Of a stretch of 64,000 nucleotides of DNA, positions 10,600-20,172 are shown one piece after another. Every line of letters begins with the position of its first letter. Positions within the stretch are counted from its first letter, which is position 1. The DNA is from Chamaesiphon sp. Its GTDB lineage: Bacteria; Cyanobacteriota; Cyanobacteriia; Cyanobacteriales; Chamaesiphonaceae. The notes under the pieces were generated by a model. It had not been told where the DNA came from. It saw only the letters and a list, made by a program, of their open reading frames with translations, and ran no database searches. The DNA lies in assembly GCA_965246715.1 (NCBI GenBank), contig CBDFFH010000037.1, positions 64,001 through 128,000 on the forward strand. The letters are read 5' to 3'. The translations under genes were made by a program, and so were the position numbers.

Positions 10600-10637
10600 A
10601 AAGAAATATCACAGATAAGTAAAGCGTGAGGTGAATT

Positions 10638-11057
10638 ATGACGATCGACCTTGGACTAACTCACATCGCACTCCCCGTTACAGATATCGATCGCAGTATT
10701 CAGTTTTACGATGTCTACGCCCAAATGCAAGTAATTCATCGTCGCATCGATGCAGAAACAGGTGTTGCGGTGGTCTGGCTCTCCGACCGCACTCGTCCTT
10801 TTGTCATTGTGCTGATTCAGACAAGTTCGGTGCAGTCTGTTCTGTCTCCCCTCGCACATCTTGGAGTTGGATGTCAAAGTCGAGAAGTTATCGACGCTCT
10901 TTGCGATCGGGCAAAACAGGAAGGTGTTCTGCTTCAGGAACCCAAAGATTCTGGATATCCGATTGGATACTGGGCTTTTTTGCGAGATCCAGACGGTCAT
11001 ACGCTCGAATTATCTTACGGACAAGAAATCGGATTAACCGTAGAACAGACTCCATGA
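10638..11057 (+). CDS. VOC/glyoxalase family protein
   Basis: LTHIAL..SIQFY, HLGV, RDPDGHTLE. Confidence 0.9.
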   Translation: MTIDLGLTHIALPVTDIDRSIQFYDVYAQMQVIHRRIDAETGVAVVWLSDRTRPFVIVLIQTSSVQSVLSPLAHLGVGCQSREVIDALCDRAKQEGVLLQEPKDSGYPIGYWAFLRDPDGHTLELSYGQEIGLTVEQTP

Positions 11058-11079
11058 AATACACATTACCGGAGATCGA

Positions 11080-11583
11080 ATGTCTAGTACAAATCTAATT
11101 CGATTAGGCGGACTCGCCGCGATAGTTGCCGGAATCTTACGCGGTATAAATTCGTTTTTACCCAGTAGTAATCCTAATGTAACTCTCGCCATTCTTTACC
11201 TGCTGACCGATATTTTCCTCTTATTTGGGATCGTGGGTATTTATGGTTTTCAGCATCAGAAATCTCGATTGTGGGGTTTTTTGGGATTTATCCTCGCGAT
11301 CGTTGGTATTGCAATTATACGGACTGGAACGATATCTGGAGTGAATCTGTATCCGATCGGCGCATCAATATTTACAGCAGGGATGAGCTTATTTGCCGTT
11401 GGCTCTTGGATTGCCAAAAAGCTCCCCCACTGGATATCGGTCTTGTGGATACTTTCGACGATCGTTGGATTCATGGGTTATTTTATCCAAGGTCTTAATC
11501 TATTGTTTGTCGCATCTGGGGTAATTTTCGGCATTGGTTTTGCTGGAGCAGGCATGAAAATCTGGTCGGCTACAAGCAAATAA
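11080..11583 (+). CDS. Hypothetical multi-pass membrane protein
   Basis: About six hydrophobic segments. Confidence 0.75.
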   Translation: MSSTNLIRLGGLAAIVAGILRGINSFLPSSNPNVTLAILYLLTDIFLLFGIVGIYGFQHQKSRLWGFLGFILAIVGIAIIRTGTISGVNLYPIGASIFTAGMSLFAVGSWIAKKLPHWISVLWILSTIVGFMGYFIQGLNLLFVASGVIFGIGFAGAGMKIWSATSK

Positions 11584-11697
11584 ATTGAATCGATTTATAG
11601 TTGACCCAAACGGAGAGCTTTATCCGATCGTCTGTAGCCTCGATCGAGCTGCCTAACAACGCCCACGACGATCGCCTGCTCGCGATCGACTTCAACT

Positions 11698-11874
11698 TTA
11701 TGCGGAGCTGTTGAGTTGTTGCTGAAGTTGTTGCACTTCTTCGATCGATAGCTCTGTCGAAGATGCAATCAGAGTGATATCCACACCTCCTCGTAGAAGA
11801 TTGAGGGCGATCGCTTGCTTCTCCTCTTTGCGGGCATCTCTTTCAATGGAGCGGTAAACAGTGGATTCTTGCAT
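11698..11874 (-). CDS. C-terminal small module of an Rpn-family (recombination-promoting nuclease-like) gene; nuclease part absent
   Basis: Own translation: ..EILAGLKLEDEIVYRILRRDI|MQESTVYRSIERDARKEEKQAIALNLLRGGVDITLIASSTELSIEEVQQL..; GGAG precedes the ATG. Confidence 0.65.
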   Translation of the reverse strand: MQESTVYRSIERDARKEEKQAIALNLLRGGVDITLIASSTELSIEEVQQLQQQLNSSA

Positions 11875-12012
11875 GATGTCTCTCCGTAGTATGCGATAAA
11901 CGATCTCATCCTCTAATTTTAACCCAGCTAAAATCTCAATATTACGCTATATTATGAAATGATATTCGGAAAGTTTAGACGATTCATCAGACTTTGAGCT
12001 AATATTTTTCTG

Positions 12013-13500
12013 CAGGGTGAACGCATCAAAACAGGATTTATTTTGATCGAGAGCCACTAAAATAGGCGATTAATGATATTCGATTGCTTAACTACAATTA
12101 CGACAATATCAATAAAATCGAAACCAAAGACGAGGTTAAATTAACTCAATTTAGTCCGGCAAAAGTGCGGCTAAAGATATTTAGCCAAATTCATACTCTG
12201 GGGTTAGTTAAATTTAGGCTAAAATAGCCTCTAGAAGTTCGCGCGAATATTCTTCATCAAGGCTCGCAAGAAATCGCTTCTTCCTAACACTTAGTTTTCG
12301 ACTCTTGTTCTGACTCATTATATTAACTGCTATATGTCTTAAAACAGCAAAATTAGCTGGAGCATTATCTTTTCTAATTCGACTAATGTCTTCTTTGAAA
12401 ATAACATCAAGTACCCAATAGAGTGAATTTTCTATCGACCAATGACCTCTGATTGCTTCTGCTAGTTTTTCAACATTATCTTCTAAGCTACTGATGAAAT
12501 AACGAGCTTCTACGCTGGTTTTTTCATTGACAACTCGAACTGATTCTACCATGCAAATACTAGTCAGATTTTGCCATTTTAGCAATGGATCTATTGATGT
12601 TGCAATGTCTGATATCATTAGGTAATTACGAGTTTCCTCTCTACCTCTATTCATCTCTCTACTGCTGAAGCTATGCGTTTTCAGACTTTCACCACGAGTT
12701 TTAATCGCCTGTTTGAATAGCTGTTCTACCCTTTCATATAAACTTGGTTGATTCTTTTTGACAGCAATTACATAATCTGCTTCTTTTTTGACAATTTTCT
12801 TGACTATTTCTCGCTGACATCCCATTGCATCAATTGTCACTATACATCCAGCTAGATCTAAGGCATTAATCAACTCAGGCAATGCAGTAATTTCATTTGA
12901 TTTACTCTCGACTTTTGTTTGTCCTAATACTAATCTATTACTTGCTGCCCAAGCACTGACCGTATTAATTACTCCTTTACCATTTTTTTCGTCTCTTGAA
13001 TTTCGAGATTGTTTTCCATCAAATGCGATTATCTCTCCTGCTGTTATTTTACTTATTCCTTTAATCCAATGCAGGAAAGATTTATTGAATTCTTCAGGAT
13101 TAATTTGTGAAAATACCCGTGCAAATGTATCGTGAGATGGTATCCCATTCGGTAATTCTAGAAATTCCTCCAGCCATTTTTTTCTGGTGATGCCATACAG
13201 CTCTATGTCTTCCCATCCATCTGCTCCACATACTACTGCACAAATCGAGATCGTGATAATATCGATTAGTTTGTGTTTTTTCCCCCGTTCAATTCTAATG
13301 TCTTTTATGTCACCAAAGTGTTCTGCGATACTATGCCTTGGCTTTAGCTTCATTTGACGCGATCTGAATTTCCAATAAATATAACATAATTAACTGGCTA
13401 TACTTGTTTACCATTAAAGCTTTCATACTTTTCGTAATTCAAATCTGCAACTGATTTGCGAGGATTTTAAATAGTAGGAAATTTAAGTGCGTTCACCCTG
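12013..13500 (-). mobile_element. ISAs1-family IS, full length (transposase 12214..13353)
   Basis: TIR CAGGGTGAACGCA; TSD TATTTTTCTG; FDGK, TIDAMG and HWSIEN motifs. Confidence 0.95.
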
Positions 13501-13654
13501 TATTTTTCTGGATATCATCCCCGATCCCTGTTCTCAGGGAATAGGAGGAAAGTTTCCATCTAATAAATAAATAGTTAGCCCGCCTAACCAAGCTATCTTT
13601 GAAGTTGACAGTGCAGCATTATCGTATAAAAATATCTAGATTTCAGCATAAAAC

Positions 13655-15307
13655 ATGGATAGGGAAGAGTTAATAAGACGTTATAACGCTGGAGAAAGAG
13701 ATTTTTCTCAAGTGGATCTAAGTAAAGCTAACCTCTTGGGCGTGGATCTTAGGAATGCAAATCTGAGTGGCGTTAATTTCCGCGATGCCGAACTACATGG
13801 AGCTAATTTAAGCAATACCGTATTATCCAGCGCTCGATTTTCCTCGACAAATTTGCGCTATGCAATTCTTGATGGAGCAGATTTGACAGGTGCTGAACTT
13901 TATGAAAGCGATTTTGAATATGCAAGTTTAAAGGGTGCAAATTTAGAAGGGGCTTCAATATGTGAATGCCGATGGAGCAGTGCTAACATTAGTCAAGCTA
14001 ACTTGGAAAATATTAATCTTTCAGGAGAAGATTTTGAGCCTTGTTTTGACGCAATATGTGATAGTCAAATATTAACGAAAGAAAAATTTGTTAATTACTA
14101 TAATTCAGGCGTAAGAGATTTTTCAGCAGATTACGATGGCTGGAATCTTTGGAAGTTCTCTGAACTAAGGAATTTCGATCTCAGTGGATGCAAACTTTCT
14201 GGTATAAAGTTTCCTTCAGGTCTCGATCTCACAGGAATTAATCTACAGAATGCTGATTTGAGTCAATCAGATCTACTGGAGGCTTGTCTAAGACACGCGA
14301 ATCTGGAGAATGCCAACCTAGAAAATAGTTCTTTATTGGGTGCTTCTTTGGATGGAGCTAATTTAAAGAATGCCAATATGCGAGGAACAAAAATATGTAC
14401 TTCTGGTGTTCTTTCTTCGTTAAGGAAAGCTAATCTGACCAGCGTAGACCTTACTAACGCAGACCTGACACGAGCTTTTCTAGACGGTGCGGATTTTACG
14501 AGCGCAATTCTGGTTAATGCAAATTTTAGTGGTGCTAGTTTGATACGAGCAAACTTCAGTAATACTACCATGAAAGATGCCAACTTCACTGATGTTATTT
14601 ATAGTCCTGAAACCATCTTTCCAATTGACTTTGCAACAGAAATATATCTTTCCACCGCAATTCAACTACTGCCAGAGACAGACTTTTCAAGATTCGCTGA
14701 AGAACCAGATAAAACTAAAAAGTATACTAGGAAGCACGTCTTCTCATGCTATGACTTACATGGGTTAGATCTACATGGAGCCAATTTCTCCAATTTGGGT
14801 ATGAATCAAGTAAATCTTAAAGGGGCAAACTTGAATTACGCCATTCTACGATCGACAAATTTTTGTCGCGCCAACTTACGGGGGGCAAAGTTAAGAAATG
14901 CAGACCTCAGTAATGCAAGCTTCGGTGGAGCAAACCTATGTGGTGCAGACCTTGAAGGTAGTTTTCTGATTGGAACTCGCTTTGAAGGGGCTTTTTATGA
15001 CTCAAGCACAATATTCCCTAGTGACACCATTCCTGTTGGTGCTAAGTATCTGGGAGCAGGAGCCAATCTTCAAGGATTTTATTTTACGTCTGTAAATTTG
15101 ACTTACACCGATTTAACTGCTGCTAACTTGAGGGCAGCTCATCTAGGAATGCACGATCTTACTGGTTCAAATCTCAGTGGAGCAGATTTAAGTGGAGCAA
15201 ATTTAGAGGGTGCGAAATTAGATGAAACTATTTTGGATGGGGCTATTTTCCATAGAACAATTATGCCAGATGGTAAAGTACGTACTGATGCCACAGTAGA
15301 TAAGTAA
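13655..15307 (+). CDS. Pentapeptide repeat protein
   Basis: RYNAGERDF start; A(D/N)Lxx repeats; TIMPDG end. Confidence 0.95.
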   Translation: MDREELIRRYNAGERDFSQVDLSKANLLGVDLRNANLSGVNFRDAELHGANLSNTVLSSARFSSTNLRYAILDGADLTGAELYESDFEYASLKGANLEGASICECRWSSANISQANLENINLSGEDFEPCFDAICDSQILTKEKFVNYYNSGVRDFSADYDGWNLWKFSELRNFDLSGCKLSGIKFPSGLDLTGINLQNADLSQSDLLEACLRHANLENANLENSSLLGASLDGANLKNANMRGTKICTSGVLSSLRKANLTSVDLTNADLTRAFLDGADFTSAILVNANFSGASLIRANFSNTTMKDANFTDVIYSPETIFPIDFATEIYLSTAIQLLPETDFSRFAEEPDKTKKYTRKHVFSCYDLHGLDLHGANFSNLGMNQVNLKGANLNYAILRSTNFCRANLRGAKLRNADLSNASFGGANLCGADLEGSFLIGTRFEGAFYDSSTIFPSDTIPVGAKYLGAGANLQGFYFTSVNLTYTDLTAANLRAAHLGMHDLTGSNLSGADLSGANLEGAKLDETILDGAIFHRTIMPDGKVRTDATVDK

Positions 15308-15360
15308 CAACCGAACGTAGTTATTTACCGAAGATTTGAATGGGAGATCTCAATTGGATT

Positions 15361-18300
15361 CTATACGATCGCTCCTAAAGCTGTTAAATTCTCCTGCTGG
15401 GCAGCAGTCAATCCCTGGATGCCTCGAATACTCATCCCTTCATAGGGTCGCGGCGATCGAAGGATTTTGACGCATTCACCCGTAGCGACATCCCAGAATC
15501 TAATGGTGGCATCGGTGCCAGTACTGGCTAGCAACTGTCGCTTAGCAAAATCCGCGCTGTAGTGTGGCACAAAAGCCACTCCAAAAACACCATGCGTATG
15601 ACCCTGCAAGATCCTTAGACATTTCCCGCTATGTACATCCCAAAGCCAGACGGTACCGTCATAGCTACCACTGGCTAACCATCGTCCATCGGTGCTCAAA
15701 GCCACAGACCAAACGAACGCTTGATGACCGGGCAAAACTTGGAAACATTCACCAGTAAGAACATTCCAAAGAGCCACGGTACGATCGACACTACCACTAG
15801 CTAAAATATCTCCATTAGGACTCACCGCGATCGAGATAATCCCTAGCTGCTGCCCCTGCAAAGTACGCAGACATTCACCCGTCTGGATATCCCAAATTCT
15901 CATCGTGCGGTCTCTACTCCCACTCACCAGCATCGATGGTGAGGCAATAAAGGCGACCGATGTGACCCAATCTTTATGCCCTGCCAACATCTGGAGACAC
16001 TCACCCGTCAAAGTACTCCAAAGTCTAATCGTATGGTCTGAGCTACTACTGGCCAGGATTCGACTGTCGGGGCTAAATGCCACCGACCACAGGCCATCGG
16101 TATGTCCAGCTAAAATGTGGCAGCACTGGCCATCCCTGACGCGCCAAAGTTTGATAATCGGGTTGTCACCGCTACCCCCACTAGCCAGGAGTTGACCGTC
16201 TGGACTGAAGGCTAATGTTCTGATGGAACTAGTATGACCGCTCAAACTCGTAGATCGATCGTTCTGGATATTCCAGAGTCGTAACGCTCCGCCAAAGTAT
16301 CCAGTGGCTAGCACCGCTTGAGGAGCGGCAATATCTGGTAAAGGTGGGGGGACAAAATCCATCGCATAGATCGTATTTGCATAGCCCTGGAAAACTCTCA
16401 GACACTTGCCAGTAGTCAGACTCCAGAGTCTAACCGTGCGATCTTCACTACCGCTAGCCACGATCTGATGAGTGGCATCACAAGCGATCGACCAGATCCA
16501 ATCCTCATGCCCGACCAGCGTCTTCAAACACCTTCCCGTCCGCACATCCCAGAGCTTGATGTTGCGATCCTTGCCACCGCTGATGAGCGTTCGGCCATCT
16601 TGACTAAAGATTACCGACTTCAATTCATCGCTGTGTCCCAAACAAGTTCTCAAACACTCGCCAGTGCTGGCATCGTAGAGCTTAACGGTGGCATCATTAC
16701 CGCCGCTGGCAATGGTTCGACCATCTGGACTAAATGCTACTGAAAAGACTTTGCCTTGATGAGTCTCCCATGTTCCAACGCATTGTCCTTTGTGGATATT
16801 CCAAAGCCGAATACTTGAATTGGCATCACCACTGGCAATGGTTTGACCATCGGGACTGAAGGCTACTGAGTAGACTGCTTCGGTAGATTCGGCGAATTTC
16901 TGCAAGCACTCACCAGTGTTAACCGCCCAGAGTCTCACGGTGCCGTTATCGCTACCGCTGACTAAAATATCGTCACTGCTACTGACTAAGATGTTGCCGT
17001 CGGGACTGAATGCCAGCGATCGGATTGCCTGTGTCCGATCGGCAAATGTCCGCAAGCACTCACCAGTATTGACATCCCAGAGACGGATGGTGCAGTCAAA
17101 ACCACCGCTGGCTAGCGTTCGACTATCGGGGCTGAAAGTCACCGCTCGTACCCAATTGGTGTGGCCGCGCAAGATCGATCGCAGTTGATGAGTGCGAGCA
17201 TCCCACAACCGAATATCACCGTTGAAATCGCCACTAGCCAGATAGCAACCGTCTGGACTAAAAGCGACTGCCTGAATACCGCCAAAGGTTTCGGTAAAGA
17301 CTGAGTTTACCCAATCGGTGTTCGCAAAATTAGTATCGTGTAAATTCATGCCCAGTAGATAGGCTTGTCGAATGCACAAACCGGAAAAATCATAGCCAGT
17401 CGAGTCAATGTGCAAGTGCCGTAACAAGTTAATTAAATTACCCCCTGCATAGCCGTCGGTTCCAGCAAATTCAGTTCGCAGTTTAACTAATAATCGATCG
17501 AGTTGCTGCTTACTCTCTGATTTCGATCGCAACTTACCCATAAGTCGATCGACCAGCGGCACTAAAATCATCCGCACTTGACTTTCCCGCACATAGTCTT
17601 GAGCCTGAGCCTGAATCAGTGCGTGGCTATTAAAAATCGCTACATTTAAAGTCGTAATTTCTGCACATACTCGATCGATAAATATGGCAGTGACATATTC
17701 CATCACCACGGGTTGCAGGGTAAAACATCCAGAACTTTTTTCGATTAAACTTTGCCGAGCTAAGGATTGTAATGCGGCTAAAACTTGAGAGCGAAATCCG
17801 CTAGGAATAAATTCTGCTAACAATTCGGCGATCGATACAGCTTCACGCCCGATCGCTAACCAGTACAATACCTGTTGCTCGATCTCGGACAATCGATCGA
17901 ATTGTTGACCTAACAAAGCCTCAATCCCATTACAGAGAATTACCCCCTGTTCTAAAAACGCGCTCACGCTACCATCGAATAGATCTCGAATTGTCGTCGC
18001 CGCAATTTTGATCGCTAACGGGTTGCCAGAGTAAGATTGCTGTAACTGATGCCAATCGCTGGAATCAGCTGTATGACAACTATTAGCAGTACCGATCGCT
18101 TGCACTTCGCGATCGCTTAAACCAAGTAAATCCAACGTGCGAACTGCCGCAGAGTCCCCTTCCAAATGAATCAAAGTTTTGGGCTTTTCCCGACTCGTTA
18201 ATATTAAGCAACTAGCATGATGTTCGGTAGCGATCCGGCGGAGGAGTTCGCTATACCCAGCATAACCGTCGCGATAACCGCCATCGGCGAGAATAGATTC

Positions 18301-18993
18301 AAAATTATCGAAGACAATCAGACAGCGAGTACTTCGTAAATATGCCATCAATTGCGAGATCTGGGCATCCACAGTATCCGCAGGTTCGGTTTGCTGTTGG
18401 TGAGAGACAAAGGCAATGAGCTGAAAGAGAATTTTATCTAGCGGTGGTGCATTACGGAGGGATTGCCAGATAATCCGATCGAAAATTCGATCGGCTGCTA
18501 ACTTTTGAGTGAGCTTGGCGGCAATTGATGTTTTACCCATGCCACCCATCCCCACGATCGAAATCAGCCGACAACGTGGCTCAAGGGAATTAACCTCAGA
18601 AGTATCATCCAGCCATCTTTTCAACTGCTGGAGTTCATTTTCGCGACCGATGACGCTAGAAACATCGATCTGCTCTCCCCAATAACAATCTCGATCTGGG
18701 GGTAAAGTGTTGGTAACTTCTGGCACTGCTAATTGAGGCGAACGATCTCGCTGGCGGCGCAGTACCGCTTGCAAATTATTTTTGGTGACAGGTTCGCCCA
18801 ATACCTGAGTCAATTGTCGCCACAACTCGTAGCCGATATCGCGGATATAGCCAGTGTCATAGCCGATTTGCTCCGCCATATCGGGGTAGGTGCGACCTTC
18901 CCAAGCGTGACGAAACACCTGCTCTTGAATATCGCGGAGACTTTGGGCTTGAAGCAGTCGATCGAGTAATGCTAAGGCTTCATCTGCTGTCAT
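15361..18993 (-). CDS. HTH-NB-ARC-WD40 STAND protein
   Basis: N-terminal HTH-like segment, GMGGMGKT, VFDN, GNPLA, about 14 WD40 repeats. Confidence 0.95.
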   Translation of the reverse strand: MTADEALALLDRLLQAQSLRDIQEQVFRHAWEGRTYPDMAEQIGYDTGYIRDIGYELWRQLTQVLGEPVTKNNLQAVLRRQRDRSPQLAVPEVTNTLPPDRDCYWGEQIDVSSVIGRENELQQLKRWLDDTSEVNSLEPRCRLISIVGMGGMGKTSIAAKLTQKLAADRIFDRIIWQSLRNAPPLDKILFQLIAFVSHQQQTEPADTVDAQISQLMAYLRSTRCLIVFDNFESILADGGYRDGYAGYSELLRRIATEHHASCLILTSREKPKTLIHLEGDSAAVRTLDLLGLSDREVQAIGTANSCHTADSSDWHQLQQSYSGNPLAIKIAATTIRDLFDGSVSAFLEQGVILCNGIEALLGQQFDRLSEIEQQVLYWLAIGREAVSIAELLAEFIPSGFRSQVLAALQSLARQSLIEKSSGCFTLQPVVMEYVTAIFIDRVCAEITTLNVAIFNSHALIQAQAQDYVRESQVRMILVPLVDRLMGKLRSKSESKQQLDRLLVKLRTEFAGTDGYAGGNLINLLRHLHIDSTGYDFSGLCIRQAYLLGMNLHDTNFANTDWVNSVFTETFGGIQAVAFSPDGCYLASGDFNGDIRLWDARTHQLRSILRGHTNWVRAVTFSPDSRTLASGGFDCTIRLWDVNTGECLRTFADRTQAIRSLAFSPDGNILVSSSDDILVSGSDNGTVRLWAVNTGECLQKFAESTEAVYSVAFSPDGQTIASGDANSSIRLWNIHKGQCVGTWETHQGKVFSVAFSPDGRTIASGGNDATVKLYDASTGECLRTCLGHSDELKSVIFSQDGRTLISGGKDRNIKLWDVRTGRCLKTLVGHEDWIWSIACDATHQIVASGSEDRTVRLWSLTTGKCLRVFQGYANTIYAMDFVPPPLPDIAAPQAVLATGYFGGALRLWNIQNDRSTSLSGHTSSIRTLAFSPDGQLLASGGSGDNPIIKLWRVRDGQCCHILAGHTDGLWSVAFSPDSRILASSSSDHTIRLWSTLTGECLQMLAGHKDWVTSVAFIASPSMLVSGSRDRTMRIWDIQTGECLRTLQGQQLGIISIAVSPNGDILASGSVDRTVALWNVLTGECFQVLPGHQAFVWSVALSTDGRWLASGSYDGTVWLWDVHSGKCLRILQGHTHGVFGVAFVPHYSADFAKRQLLASTGTDATIRFWDVATGECVKILRSPRPYEGMSIRGIQGLTAAQQENLTALGAIV

Positions 18994-19191
18994 TTGCGAA
19001 CACCCTGCCAGAATGTCTAGTCTTATTCTAGTCCGAATAATTCGACAATTACTTCGATGTAATTGTCATCTGTTCGCTTGTTTTCGATCGAATAGATGAC
19101 GATCGATCGGGCATAAAAAGACCGCATCGAGATCGATCGTCGCAGAAAATATGTAAAAAAATTGCCCCACGATTGTCGCGGGGCAAATGAA

Positions 19192-19455
19192 TTAGTTAGA
19201 TTCAAATTCGGTGGTATCTGGTTCGGACTTGGGTTCGTCCGTTCCAGGATTGGGGATGCGATCGTCAGACTGGGGTGCGGTTGGAGTGGGTTGGAAGATT
19301 TTCTGGAGATTGTCCATATAGTCGCCGAAGACTCGAATGACTTTGACAGCCTCTTCTCCAGTCATGGCTTGTGCTTGAGTGGGGGTGAAGACAGTCGCGG
19401 TGGCAAGTACGGTAGCGATCGATCCTAAAGTGAGAAATTGTTTGAGGTTAAACAT
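19192..19455 (-). CDS. Small secreted protein with acidic/Pro tail
   Basis: Signal peptide ending AQA. Confidence 0.7.
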   Translation of the reverse strand: MFNLKQFLTLGSIATVLATATVFTPTQAQAMTGEEAVKVIRVFGDYMDNLQKIFQPTPTAPQSDDRIPNPGTDEPKSEPDTTEFESN

Positions 19456-19571
19456 GGTATTTAGTGGTGGTTAAGTGATAACAATCTGTAGGGGCATCCC
19501 CTTGTGGGTGCCCTGTTGGTGCGGAGCGAGAATGGTAGAGGGCGGAATGAATCACCGCCCCTACAGCAACA

Positions 19572-19907
19572 TTAGGAAGCATGAATGGGTTGGAAGAACT
19601 TTTGGATCAACCACAGCGCAGCACGAGGAGTCCGCCCGTATCCCTTGGCAATAATCTGACCGTTATTACGTAGCTCCCATGTAACACCTGGGAATACGGG
19701 ACCTCCGGTTTGGTTGTAGTCGCCGAGGTAGTATGGATTTCCATTGACGTTGACATATGCACCTGTGAGCTGGATACGATCGATCCAACCTGCATGAGCG
19801 GCGGGAGTGGCGATCGGAGAAACGATCGCGGTAGCGGTAAAACCGACTGTACTAGTAGCGATTAACGCTAACACTGCTAATCTGGCTGTAATAGGTTTAA
19901 ATGACAT
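19572..19907 (-). CDS. Small secreted protein
   Basis: Signal peptide ending AHA. Confidence 0.7.
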   Translation of the reverse strand: MSFKPITARLAVLALIATSTVGFTATAIVSPIATPAAHAGWIDRIQLTGAYVNVNGNPYYLGDYNQTGGPVFPGVTWELRNNGQIIAKGYGRTPRAALWLIQKFFQPIHAS

Positions 19908-20172
19908 ATGAATTTACTTGGGTACACTAAGTGAGAGTGAATGGTCGCTCAGATTGACTTCGATCGAATGCACTCACTGGTTTTATTTGTGAAAGCGTTT
20001 CGTTTCGGTTGCTTCTGAGTTCGTGAATCAATCATCACCTAGCGATACTGAGTACCACACCTCACCCTTGGTACTTTTAAAAACCTTTGCAGCGCACGGG
20101 TTGTAGCCGAAAAGTTCCAAAGGTACCTTAGAACGTTCCAAACTTTGTCAATAAAAATCTTGGTTTAAGGTA

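Noticed and set aside
6516..13500. Composite transposon formed by two co-oriented ISAs1 copies
   Set aside because: Each copy has its own distinct 10-bp TSD, so they are independent insertions
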